Of a stretch of 64,000 bases of DNA, positions 18,284 to 27,339 are shown piece after piece. The notes beneath the pieces were generated by a model. That model ran no database searches, had not been told where the DNA came from, and was given only the letters and a program-made list of their open reading frames with translations. A program made the translations under genes and the position numbers. Where the stretch lies: the NCBI GenBank assembly GCA_028710985.1, contig JAQTTB010000001.1, positions 295,397-359,396 of the forward strand, given 5' to 3'. Position 1 is the stretch's first letter. Every line of letters begins with the position of its first letter. Origin of the DNA: Patescibacteria group bacterium (GTDB lineage: Bacteria; Patescibacteriota; Patescibacteriia; JAHJFT01).

Positions 18284-19207
18284 ATGACTAAAGAAGAAAA
18301 AATTTTTGGTTTCTTGATTGTTTTTTGTATTACCCTGTTATTCACCGGGTGTATTCAGGCTATGTCCTCCACAAACTACATCATCAACTGGGATTCCTTA
18401 AACATTGGCGGCACGGACTTCAGTTCTTCAACCAACTACTTCATGAGTGACACCCTTGGCGAGATGTCAACCGGCCGCAGTTCAAGTACCAACTACTGGA
18501 TTTACGCCGGTTATCGTCAAGGCGTTACGGACATCCGATTTATCAGCTTTGACATTGGCGCCCAGGCAAACGCTTCGAAAATTGATTATTCGGCTTTCAG
18601 CAATGCGGGTAAGCAAGTGACGGTTTCGAGTGCGGTTGGCTATTCGGTGGGGGATTATATCGTGGCCGTGGAAAATGCCGGAGCAAGCCAGATGATTGCC
18701 ATCGGTAAAATTTCCAGCATTCTGGGAAACAGCCTCACGGTTGATAAGTGGGACGGCGATAATGCGGCCATGAGCGCGGTTCCAGCAGGAGGCAACGATT
18801 GGGTGTATGAATTATCCGGGAATACCGTAGATCTCGGGACACTGCTCACTGCCACGGTGGGTGTCGGCGTGAGCTTCAACGAAGTTAGTACCAACGCGGA
18901 CAATGGGTACACGGTTTCGGTAAAAGATGACGGAAATTTGCGGGACGGATTAAAAGACATTGACGACGTGATTGACGGCGCAGTCACGGCCGGCATTGAA
19001 GAATATGGCATTGAAACAGTTGGGACAAACGCGTCCGGCACCAATGATTTCGCTTTAGAATCTGCATTGGGCCAGTCGATACAAGTATCGACCGCTCCCT
19101 GGAACAGAGACCGCATCGGTGTAATTTATAAAGCCGGAATAAATTATGCGACGCAGGGCGGATCATATTCACACATTGTTTCGTATTATGTGACAGCAAA
19201 TTTTTAG
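18284..19207 (+). CDS. secreted/lipoprotein-like protein of unknown function (paralog 1; C-terminal motif SYSHIVSYYVTANF)
   Basis: 307 aa. N-terminal signal with a lipobox-like LFTGC. Repeated S(S)TNY motifs. Gly/Thr/Ser-rich beta-type composition. Shares its C-terminal motif with the next gene. Confidence 0.5.
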   Translation: MTKEEKIFGFLIVFCITLLFTGCIQAMSSTNYIINWDSLNIGGTDFSSSTNYFMSDTLGEMSTGRSSSTNYWIYAGYRQGVTDIRFISFDIGAQANASKIDYSAFSNAGKQVTVSSAVGYSVGDYIVAVENAGASQMIAIGKISSILGNSLTVDKWDGDNAAMSAVPAGGNDWVYELSGNTVDLGTLLTATVGVGVSFNEVSTNADNGYTVSVKDDGNLRDGLKDIDDVIDGAVTAGIEEYGIETVGTNASGTNDFALESALGQSIQVSTAPWNRDRIGVIYKAGINYATQGGSYSHIVSYYVTANF

Positions 19208-19485
19208 TAAGCAGGGGATTGATGATTGTCCATTTCGTGGACAGTGATTAGTTCCTTCAAAAGGTCGATAGTTTCATGCGATTTTAACTTGGCTTCCTAC
19301 CTTCAAGAACTTGTCTTTGAAGGTTTAGAGCTAAGGTTTTACGCCTGAGACAAAATTTTAAAAACTAAAAATTACTTGAGAGGACGAAATTTATTTCGCG
19401 TTCTTATCCGACTCCTTTCCGCCTGTGCGGCGGCAAAGGGGAAGACAAGAAACGGATAAGGCTCTTCTCAGGGGAAGGAGAAATT

Positions 19486-20532
19486 ATGAACAACTTAATT
19501 AAATTCCTGGTGTTCGTCATGGTATTCACCATGAGTCTTGGATTGTTTACGCCGGTTTACGCGGCCAATGTGGCGTTAAATCTCGGCGTGGATAGCAAGG
19601 TTGATATCTTTGACAGCACATACCCTATTGAAAACCAGTCGTCTGCCGAATTAGCGCTTTCAACGGCCGCGGATCTTTATTTTCAGTACGTAGCGGCAGG
19701 CAACTTTGCAGTAGGTCAGACGATTAGCATCGTGGCAACTACGCCATTGGTTATCGCGTCTTGCGTCGCACCAACAACCGATGCTGACCAGGACGGAACT
19801 CCGGATGGCACCGGTGCAGTTTCCGGAGACAACTATACCTACACCTTCTATGCCCCCACTACTCAAGCCGCCGCTTCAATCACCCTGTGCATCAATGTCG
19901 ATAACAGTATCGCAACTGCTGGCAATTATTCGTTCATCATGGCTGACGACCTCGGTGATTTCGGCGGAGCATTCCTGTACATCGGTACACCTGGGGGAGC
20001 GGCCAACGATGTTTATGTAACCGCGACAGTTACGAGCCAGGAACTTGAGTTCTGGATCCGGAATGCGGCGGATACAGCGGACACCAACGCTTGCGCTCTG
20101 GGAACGCTTAATACCACGTCGGTATCAACGTGCAACTATGCACTAAAGGTTCGCACCACGGCCACAATTGGATATACCATTTCCTGGACCTCGGACGGCG
20201 AACTTGACCGAAGTGGTACTGCGACCATTGATGCAATCGCCATGAACACGGCGGTTGCGGTCGGTGTTGAAGGTTATGGCGTAACGTTCACCCCGGGCGC
20301 TAACACCGACGGCGGTACTTGTACGGCGCAAAATATCTGGACAGCTGCCTACGATGACCCGGTTTCCACCACGGCGCAGAGTCTGGTGGTCTGCAACAAG
20401 GCCAACTTGCCAGCCGCAACCGGCGCAACGACATATATTCACAACATGGATCACCAGGCGGCAATTGATCCGGCTACTCCAGCGGGTAGTTATGATCAGA
20501 TTGTTACCTATTACGTGACCGCGCAATTCTAG
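19486..20532 (+). CDS. secreted protein of unknown function (paralog 2; C-terminal motif SYDQIVTYYVTAQF)
   Basis: 348 aa. Signal peptide MNNLIKFLVFVMVFTMSLGLFTPVYA. RBS GGAAGGAG 8 nt upstream. Thr/Ala/Gly-rich. The C-terminal 14 residues are nearly identical to the previous protein. Confidence 0.5.
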   Translation: MNNLIKFLVFVMVFTMSLGLFTPVYAANVALNLGVDSKVDIFDSTYPIENQSSAELALSTAADLYFQYVAAGNFAVGQTISIVATTPLVIASCVAPTTDADQDGTPDGTGAVSGDNYTYTFYAPTTQAAASITLCINVDNSIATAGNYSFIMADDLGDFGGAFLYIGTPGGAANDVYVTATVTSQELEFWIRNAADTADTNACALGTLNTTSVSTCNYALKVRTTATIGYTISWTSDGELDRSGTATIDAIAMNTAVAVGVEGYGVTFTPGANTDGGTCTAQNIWTAAYDDPVSTTAQSLVVCNKANLPAATGATTYIHNMDHQAAIDPATPAGSYDQIVTYYVTAQF

Positions 20533-20612
20533 GGTTATTGGTGCTCCAGGGCCTCGAAAAAATTTCGGGGCCCAACCAGCGCCATTAATCGACTAAAAAT
20601 TAATCAAAGAAT

Positions 20613-21569
20613 ATGAAGAAAATGTTTATTATGGGGTGTATTGCCTTGCTCATGGCCATGACTCTCGCGTCCGGGGCGCAGGCAATCGGCATCTTGCCGT
20701 TCATTGTGGAGGATGTGAACATCGCACCCGGCGAAATGGCCACTCGGACTTTCACTGTATACAACAATACCGAGAGCGAGCAGACGTATTATTTCGTGAC
20801 GCGAAATTTTACCACCCGGGGTGAGGAGGGAGAGGTCGTGATTACCGAAGAAAAATTCGGTCTTGCCACTTGGATTGAGTTTCCCTTCACTTCGATAACC
20901 ATTCCATCCAGCGAAAACCGGGAGATTGAATTTACCATCATAATTCCGCCGAATGCCGACGCCGGTGGCCATTTCGCCGCAGTGTTTGCTTCCACCAATC
21001 CGCCGGATGTGGAACAAGGAGTTGGCCTCTCTGCCAATGTCGGTACTCTGGTGTTCGTGCGCGTGTCCGGCGACATCATTGATGACGTGCGTTTGTTGAG
21101 TTTCCATACCAAGGGGGACCAGGCGCTGTTTAGTCACCTGCCGGTTAATTTTGAATACCGCATAGAAAATCGCGGAACGGTTCATGCCAAGCCAACCGGA
21201 AGAATTATGATGAGCGGCTGGTTGGGTAAAACCGACATTGACGCCAATCCCAAGGAAAATCGCATTCTGCCGTCATCCATCCGTCGCATTGAAGCGACCT
21301 GGGTAAAAGATTCAGGAGCAATCCGATCCGGAGGCTTTCTGACTGAACTCAAAAACGAATGGAACAATTTCGCCATTGGAAAATATACAGCCGCGCTAGA
21401 TTTGTCTTATGGCGTCGAAGGAAAAAATTTGACTACCGAGACGGCTTTCTGGGTATTTCCATGGCATGTTTGCTTAGCGGCTTTGCTAATTCTGATCGGG
21501 ACAATTGTTGCCATCATTCTCTATAACAAGATGGTTATCGCAACCGCCCGCAAAAGCGGCAAACTCTAG
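20613..21569 (+). CDS. cell-surface protein with signal peptide, beta-sandwich domains and C-terminal TM anchor (DUF916/DUF3324-like architecture)
   Basis: 318 aa. Signal peptide ...ASGAQA. Central beta-rich domains (TFTVYNNTESEQTYYFVTRNF...GGHFAAVFAST...). C-terminal hydrophobic helix FWVFPWHVCLAALLILIGTIVAIILY followed by a basic tail NKMVIATARKSGKL. Confidence 0.45.
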   Translation: MKKMFIMGCIALLMAMTLASGAQAIGILPFIVEDVNIAPGEMATRTFTVYNNTESEQTYYFVTRNFTTRGEEGEVVITEEKFGLATWIEFPFTSITIPSSENREIEFTIIIPPNADAGGHFAAVFASTNPPDVEQGVGLSANVGTLVFVRVSGDIIDDVRLLSFHTKGDQALFSHLPVNFEYRIENRGTVHAKPTGRIMMSGWLGKTDIDANPKENRILPSSIRRIEATWVKDSGAIRSGGFLTELKNEWNNFAIGKYTAALDLSYGVEGKNLTTETAFWVFPWHVCLAALLILIGTIVAIILYNKMVIATARKSGKL

Positions 21570-21582
21570 TTTGACATCGAGT

Positions 21583-23898
21583 ATGGGAAAATGCATTTAT
21601 AAAATAATTTTCATCGCGGTTTTGGTAGGAACCATTCTAGCAAACTCTTTTACATTTGCTGCGGATATGACGCACGTCTCGGTGTCCTTGTCTGCCCAGA
21701 TGATTGGCGAAGCGGCCAATACCACGATTCGTTTTCGTACGCCAACCGGCGTGGACAGTTCAACCGATACGATTGTCATTGCCTGGCCGGCGGAATTTAA
21801 TGTCGCGGGTATTGTTCTTACGGATATGGATTTATCACATGGCGCGGTCTCGGGCTATGAAACCGATCTTACCCTGGCGGCCGTTGCCGGCGCCGGCATC
21901 TGGGGCGCTTCGTGGGTCGGGCATACTCTGACCTTGGCTGCGCCGACCGACGCTGCGGCCGGCGAAATCGGAGTCAACGATTACGTGGTGCTCGAGGTCG
22001 GTACGCACGCATCATTCGGCGGTGCCGGTGCCAACCAGGTGGTGAATGCGGCGACTGCCGGAAGTTATAATTACACCATTAGCGGCACGTTTGGCGATAC
22101 TAAAAATCCGGCTGTCTACGTTGCGGATAACAACACGGTTGCCATCACCGGCACTGTGCTTGGCGATATTGAAACAATTTGCGACAACGGACTTGACGAT
22201 GACGGTGACACATTAATTGACTGCTATGATCCGGACTGCGCCGGCAATTCTTATTGCGTGCCGCCCGGCGGCGGCGGTGATACCACCCCGCCGGCTATCA
22301 CCAATGTAAACTGCATGGATATTACCCCAACCTCGTTTTCCGTGGTCTGGGAAACCAACGAAGCCGCAACCTCCTGCTCCGAATACGGGGAAACTTCGTT
22401 TTACGAACTCGGCATGCTCTGCAATATGTCGCTCGTCTGGTCGCATTCCGTGCCGTTTGTTGGTTTGGCCCAGCTTACGAATTACCATTTCCGTGTGATT
22501 TCCCGCGACGAATATTTCAACACCTCAATTAGCGATGATTATTCCTGCGCCACTTTGGGCGACACCGAAGCGCCGGTTATCAGCAATATCCGCGTGATAA
22601 ATATCACGGCCACGAGCGCGGAAGTTGTTTGGGACACCAATGAGCCAGCCACGTCGCAGGTTGATTACGGTCTGACCGATGTCTATGGTACGGAAACACC
22701 GACAGATTTCGCCTATGTTACCGAGCATCACGTTATTCTCACGGGTTTGACCCCGAACACGGATTATCATTTTCTGGTTCGCAGTTATGATATCGCGGGG
22801 AATGGCGCGGTTTCCGGTGACAATATTTTTCACACGCTCACGAGCGTGGATTCGCCGATTATTACCGATGTGCAGATTGTTGACATCACGGAAACTTCGG
22901 CACGGGTTATTTGGCAGACCAACGAGATTGCCGATTCCGAAGTTGATTACGGCACGACCCTAAGCTACGAGGTCGGCACCGTGGTTGACGGCGCGTTTGT
23001 GGTTGATCATTCAATTGACCTGAACAACCTTTTACCGAACACGCTTTATCATATCCGCGTACACAGCACCGATCCGGAATCCAATGAATCGGTTACTGGC
23101 GACTACACCTTTACCACTCTGCCGGATACCACCCCGCCGGCTAATGTGACAGACTTCACGGCAACAGTAACCGGACCGCTGGAGATTACTCTGACCTGGA
23201 TCAATCCGACCGACGCGGACTTCGCCGGCGTGCGCATTTGCCGCAGTACGGTCGCGTACCCGACCGATCCGTTGACCTGCGATATTATTTTTGAAGGCGC
23301 GGGCACGAGTTTTATTGACACCGACGTGGAGGCAGGCGTGACGTACTATTACACCAACTTTGCTTTTGACACATCCAATAATTTCGCTTCCGGCGCAATC
23401 GCTTCGGCCCGGGTTCCGTTGCCGGTTACTGTGACTTTTCTTGGGCATCCGGAAAAGCGCTGGCCGCGGACCGGCAACTGGAGCACGACTATTGAAATGG
23501 AGCTTCGCGAACCCGGTTCCCTGGCCTCGCTTGAAACAATTTTATTTGACACCAATTCGCTTGGCTATGGCACCTCTACCATGAATCTGTTGGAATACGG
23601 AGAAGCGTACGACTTTACGGCAAAGGGTTTTTCTCACCTGCGGAAAAAAATGAGTTCCGCGACCATCACCGAAACCAGCACTATGCTGGACTTCACTTTT
23701 GGAAACATCTTTAACCTCTATGCCGGTGACTGCCATCCGTCAAAAGACAATTTTGTAAATTCGTTAGACATTTCCACTTTAATTAATGACCTAATGGCTT
23801 CGGAACGGGTTAGCGATCTGAATAATGATAGCCAGGTGAATTCGCTTGATATTACTATTCAGATGGCCAATCTTATGAAGGACCTGGGGGATGATTAG
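21583..23898 (+). CDS. secreted protein with four FN3-like repeats and C-terminal tandem dockerin
   Basis: Start chosen at MGKCIYKIIF (signal peptide); the longer ORF start overlaps the upstream gene. Four repeats of the pattern TTPPAITNV.C.DITPTSFSVVWETNEAATS..EYG / ISNIRVINITATSAEVVWDTNEPATSQVDYG / ITDVQIVDITETSARVIWQTNEIADSEVDYG / NVTDFTATVTGPLEITLTWINPTD. The C-terminus has two dockerin calcium-binding segments (SKDNFVNSLDISTLINDL and DLNNDSQVNSLDITIQMANLM; D1-N3-D5-N9-D12 spacing). Confidence 0.6.
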   Translation: MGKCIYKIIFIAVLVGTILANSFTFAADMTHVSVSLSAQMIGEAANTTIRFRTPTGVDSSTDTIVIAWPAEFNVAGIVLTDMDLSHGAVSGYETDLTLAAVAGAGIWGASWVGHTLTLAAPTDAAAGEIGVNDYVVLEVGTHASFGGAGANQVVNAATAGSYNYTISGTFGDTKNPAVYVADNNTVAITGTVLGDIETICDNGLDDDGDTLIDCYDPDCAGNSYCVPPGGGGDTTPPAITNVNCMDITPTSFSVVWETNEAATSCSEYGETSFYELGMLCNMSLVWSHSVPFVGLAQLTNYHFRVISRDEYFNTSISDDYSCATLGDTEAPVISNIRVINITATSAEVVWDTNEPATSQVDYGLTDVYGTETPTDFAYVTEHHVILTGLTPNTDYHFLVRSYDIAGNGAVSGDNIFHTLTSVDSPIITDVQIVDITETSARVIWQTNEIADSEVDYGTTLSYEVGTVVDGAFVVDHSIDLNNLLPNTLYHIRVHSTDPESNESVTGDYTFTTLPDTTPPANVTDFTATVTGPLEITLTWINPTDADFAGVRICRSTVAYPTDPLTCDIIFEGAGTSFIDTDVEAGVTYYYTNFAFDTSNNFASGAIASARVPLPVTVTFLGHPEKRWPRTGNWSTTIEMELREPGSLASLETILFDTNSLGYGTSTMNLLEYGEAYDFTAKGFSHLRKKMSSATITETSTMLDFTFGNIFNLYAGDCHPSKDNFVNSLDISTLINDLMASERVSDLNNDSQVNSLDITIQMANLMKDLGDD

Positions 23899-23940
23899 GG
23901 GGCGGAGGCTTGGAGAGGAAGGAATTACTGCTTGGGGGCG

Positions 23941-24368
23941 AAGAATCTAGTATCTAGTATCTAGAATCTAGAAGATCAAAAACGAAAATACTTATATATG
24001 CAGACGAAATCATTTAGAGATTTGATTGTTTGGCAGAAGTCGCGCGATTTGGGGGTTGAGATATACAAGTTGACAAAGAGTATGCCCAAAGAGGAACTCT
24101 ACGGCATGGTGAGTCAGATGAGAAGGGCGGCGATCTCCATATCGTCCAATATCGCCGAAGGATATAATCGCGCGCATCCGATAGAGAAGAGGCAGTTTAT
24201 GCGCATCGCCTATGGTTCAGGATCGGAATTAGAAAGCCAGATCGAAGTCGCAAAGATTATATATCCAAAGTTAAGTTATAAGTTATCAGAAAGTTTATTA
24301 CTCGAAGTACTAAAGATCCTAAATAAATTTATCAACCGATAAAAGACTAGATTCTAGATTCTAGATTC
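23941..24368 (+). mobile_element. IVS-like cassette B: four-helix-bundle gene enclosed by TCTAGA-type inverted repeats (left AAGAATCTAGTATCTAGTATCTAGAATCTAGAAG, right AAAAGACTAGATTCTAGATTCTAGATTC)
   Basis: Arms at 23941-23974 and 24341-24368 are reverse-complementary. The right arm starts at the stop codon. Same arm family as 14671-14760 and 27095-27290. Confidence 0.65.
23998..24342 (+). CDS. four-helix-bundle protein (23S rRNA intervening-sequence protein family)
   Basis: 114 aa. MQTKSFRDLIVWQKSRDLGVEIYKLTKSMPKEELYGMVSQMRRAAISISSNIAEGYNR...IAYGSGSELESQIEVAK: the canonical family sequence pattern. Confidence 0.85.
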   Translation: MQTKSFRDLIVWQKSRDLGVEIYKLTKSMPKEELYGMVSQMRRAAISISSNIAEGYNRAHPIEKRQFMRIAYGSGSELESQIEVAKIIYPKLSYKLSESLLLEVLKILNKFINR

Positions 24369-24373
24369 ACCGT

Positions 24374-27112
24374 ATGAAATACGCACGCACAACAATAATA
24401 CTGCTTGCCATAATGGCAGGGCTCGCAATTGCCACGGCCGTCCACGCCGCGCGATTTGAATTATCGCCTGCGAGTGCGGCCCTGAATCAGGGTTGCGACT
24501 CGGTGGTGAACATCGTGCTTAGTACCGAAGGAAGCGAATCCGATGCCGCTAATGTCATTATCCAATACAATCCGGCTGAAGTGGAAATTACGGACACAAA
24601 CCCGGCCATTCCGGGAATCCAGATTGGCCAGGGCAATGCCTATGATATATACGCCGATAATATTGTCGATCCGGCAATCGGCCAGATTCGGTTGACCGGA
24701 TTTTCCATCGGCCATGCCTACAACAGCGGCTTATTGTACGGAGTCTTTGGTTCGATTCCATTCAAGAGCCGGCCCGGGATTGCGGCAGCCACTTTCACAA
24801 TTTTTTATGAGGCTGGGAGCACGCTTGATTCAAATATTGCTGAATACATCACAAGCGACGATCTTCTCACCGGCGTGCGAAACGGATCTTATACATTCGC
24901 GGTTGGCGAGTGCGTGAGCGATGTAACACCGCCCTGGGTTACGAATCCTCAGCCCGCGCCTGGTTCAACCGGCGTGCCGCTTTCAAGCAACACTACTTTT
25001 CACATTCTGGATAACATGTCCGGAGTTGACCTCTCGTCGCTCCGCATCAATGTCCAGGGAATTGAATATAATTATGACGGCGTCAACCGTTTCAGCTATT
25101 CTGGCACGGCGCTCGATTACGCAATCACGATTGATCCGATTGCCGATTTTCCGGACGGCGTTATGGTGCGCGTCGAAGTAAACGGCCGCGATCTTGACGG
25201 CAACACCATGTCACCTTATCGCTGGTATTTTAACGAACCGCCGATTCCGCCGCCGGTCCCGCCAACCTGTACCGAGCTCGGTTGCCCGGAACCTGATGAA
25301 TGTGCTCCGCCGGAAGAACTTCCGGCGTGTGAAGAACCCGAGGTTTTGCCCATCCCCGAACCCACTGTGCCGCCCGGAGAGCAGATAAGTATTGATGCCA
25401 TTGAATTCTTGGCTGCGAACCGCACGGTTCGTTTGTATCCCGACGGAGTCAATGCCGTGCGCGTACTTGTGGGTACTTCGTACAGCGTGCAAATCAGCCA
25501 TGAAAATCTCGCCAAAGAAGTGGGCTCAATCTGGTGGTATTCGGGTGCGTCAACATATCAACTCGCGCAAAGTGCGGCGGGTGATTTCTGGACCGACATC
25601 GGCGCCTATGCTTCAATCACCGCGGTTCCTTCACACATCATTATAAATTACGCAGATGGCACCATTGATGTGCGCGACTTTACGGTGCGGACCGTGCCGC
25701 GAGGCAATGTGTACGAACAAATCGGCGAAAATGAATCCATGGTTTCCGGCGCCAGGGTGACGATTTATCAAGCCGGCACCACGCCTGGAATCTGGAATGC
25801 CGGAACCTACAATCAGATAAATCCGGTATGGACTTCAAATGACGGCCAGTTCGGCTTTTATGTGCCGCAGGGCTATTACTACATTGAGGTGCAAAAGCCG
25901 GGATATGATCTGGCGCGGTCGCTCTCGTTCTATGCGCGCAGTTCCATTGTTAATAATCCCATGCTTCTTACGAAAATTCCCGGACCGGTTACTCCGATTG
26001 ACGCGATTACACAGACCGCAGTACTGGTCGGCGAAACCGTGGCCGATATGGCCGCGCGGACACAGTCCGCGATTGTCGCCGCCATTCCGGCAACTCAGGA
26101 ACAGATTGATTCAGCCGTCGGTATTATCGCGCCCGCCGCCATCGGCCTCGCATTCCTGAATCTCGGTACCGCGATTTCATTCGCTAATCTGATTCCGTTC
26201 TTGTGGGGGCTCTTTACCCAACCGCTGCTCTTGCTCGGCCGGGGCAAAAGAAAAAGATGGGGAGTGGTTTACAATTCACTCACCAAGATACCGATTGATC
26301 TCGCTATCGTCCGCCTGATTGAAGCCCGGACCGGAAAAATAATTCGCACTCGCATCACCGACCGTGAGGGCCGATATTTCTTCATGGCCAAACTGGGAAT
26401 TTACCGCATTGAAGTAAAAAAGCCGGGTTTTCTGTTTCCCACGATAAATTTACGCGATGCCAAGGAGGATTTTCAGTATCTGGATGTTTATCACGGTGAG
26501 ATTATTCAGGTTCGCGAAGAAAGTCGCCAAATTACGGCTAATATTCCGCTTGATCCGATCGCCGGCGCCGAGAAATCAAAATGGCTTATTGTTCGTTCAT
26601 ACTTAAAGAAGGCGCAACAGTACGCGGCTTCACTTTCGGTTATGGTGGCCATCGGACTCTTGGTCGTCAACCCCTCATGGTTTATGCTCGGGTATCTTAT
26701 TCTGCAAATCGCTCTTCTTCTGCTTTTCCGTCGCCTGGCTCAGCCTGCCAAGCCAAAGGGCTGGGGCATAGTTTACGACAAAAAAACCCGCCGGCCGATT
26801 GCCAATGCCATTGTGCGTATCTTTGACCTTGAATTCAGCCGTCTTTTGGAAACCCAGGTCACGGACGGACAGGGCAAGTATTCATTCCTGGTCGGCAGTA
26901 ATCGGTATTTCACCACCTACGAAAAGCCCGGTTTCGTGGTAAAGAAATTAGCGCCAATTGATTATTCAAAAATGAAAGAAAGAACCATGGTGGCTTATGA
27001 TGTGGGGCTGGAGCGGGCCAAGGACATTGCGGCATCAGAGCAGAAAAATGCGGCCAGTGGGTCAGTGCAAGTCGGAGGCGGAGAAGAGTGGAAGAACGAG
27101 AATAGAATCTAG
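24374..27112 (+). CDS. membrane-anchored surface protein: N-terminal cohesin-like domain, Ig-like domain, Pro-rich linker, three CarbopepD_reg-like domains, internal TM helices
   Basis: 912 aa. Signal peptide. Residues about 26-160 (FELSPASAALNQGCDSVVNIVLSTEG...ANVIIQYNPAEVEITD...) resemble the cohesin beta-sandwich pattern. Linker reads EPPIPPPVPPTCTELGCPEPDECAPPEELPACEEPEVLPIPEP. Three G.Y...V.KPG(Y/F) modules (YYYIEVQKPGYDL; GIYRIEVKKPGFLF; YFTTYEKPGFVV) are preceded by TD.(D/E)G.(Y/F) motifs. Two or three hydrophobic helices lie around residues 560-600 and 740-790. Confidence 0.5.
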   Translation: MKYARTTIILLAIMAGLAIATAVHAARFELSPASAALNQGCDSVVNIVLSTEGSESDAANVIIQYNPAEVEITDTNPAIPGIQIGQGNAYDIYADNIVDPAIGQIRLTGFSIGHAYNSGLLYGVFGSIPFKSRPGIAAATFTIFYEAGSTLDSNIAEYITSDDLLTGVRNGSYTFAVGECVSDVTPPWVTNPQPAPGSTGVPLSSNTTFHILDNMSGVDLSSLRINVQGIEYNYDGVNRFSYSGTALDYAITIDPIADFPDGVMVRVEVNGRDLDGNTMSPYRWYFNEPPIPPPVPPTCTELGCPEPDECAPPEELPACEEPEVLPIPEPTVPPGEQISIDAIEFLAANRTVRLYPDGVNAVRVLVGTSYSVQISHENLAKEVGSIWWYSGASTYQLAQSAAGDFWTDIGAYASITAVPSHIIINYADGTIDVRDFTVRTVPRGNVYEQIGENESMVSGARVTIYQAGTTPGIWNAGTYNQINPVWTSNDGQFGFYVPQGYYYIEVQKPGYDLARSLSFYARSSIVNNPMLLTKIPGPVTPIDAITQTAVLVGETVADMAARTQSAIVAAIPATQEQIDSAVGIIAPAAIGLAFLNLGTAISFANLIPFLWGLFTQPLLLLGRGKRKRWGVVYNSLTKIPIDLAIVRLIEARTGKIIRTRITDREGRYFFMAKLGIYRIEVKKPGFLFPTINLRDAKEDFQYLDVYHGEIIQVREESRQITANIPLDPIAGAEKSKWLIVRSYLKKAQQYAASLSVMVAIGLLVVNPSWFMLGYLILQIALLLLFRRLAQPAKPKGWGIVYDKKTRRPIANAIVRIFDLEFSRLLETQVTDGQGKYSFLVGSNRYFTTYEKPGFVVKKLAPIDYSKMKERTMVAYDVGLERAKDIAASEQKNAASGSVQVGGGEEWKNENRI

Positions 27113-27290
27113 AATCTAGTATCTAGAATCTAGGCGTTAAAAGTTTATCAATCTATAAAAAGACTAGATTCTAGATTCTAGCTTCTAGATTCTCCGTAAA
27201 GACTAGATTCTAGATTCTAGCTCCTAGATTCTCCGAAAAGACTAGATTCTAGCTTCTAGATTCTAGATTCTATCTTTTCCGCTCTCGGAC
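27095..27290. repeat. TCTAGA-type inverted-repeat locus: one left arm (overlapping the last codons of the upstream gene) and three tandem right arms (AAAGACTAGATTCTAGATTCTAG(C/T)T(C/T)CTAGATTCTCC)
   Basis: The left arm AGAATCTAGAATCTAGTATCTAGAATCTAGG starts inside codons NENRI-stop. The spacer CGTTAAAAGTTTATCAATCTAT resembles the spacer at 14702-14728. Three near-identical right-arm copies lie at about 27158-27195, 27199-27236 and 27240-27285. Confidence 0.65.
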
Positions 27291-27339
27291 TGAAGTCAGT
27301 GCTCTTGCGCAAAATGAGCCCTAACCTGAGTCCGAAAGT

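Noticed and set aside
14671-27290. Tandem TCTAGAATCTAGAATCTAG tracts considered as a possible CRISPR array
   Set aside because: The repeat unit is only 6-8 nt with no unique spacers. The tracts occur as reverse-complementary arm pairs, not direct repeats with spacers. No cas genes are nearby.
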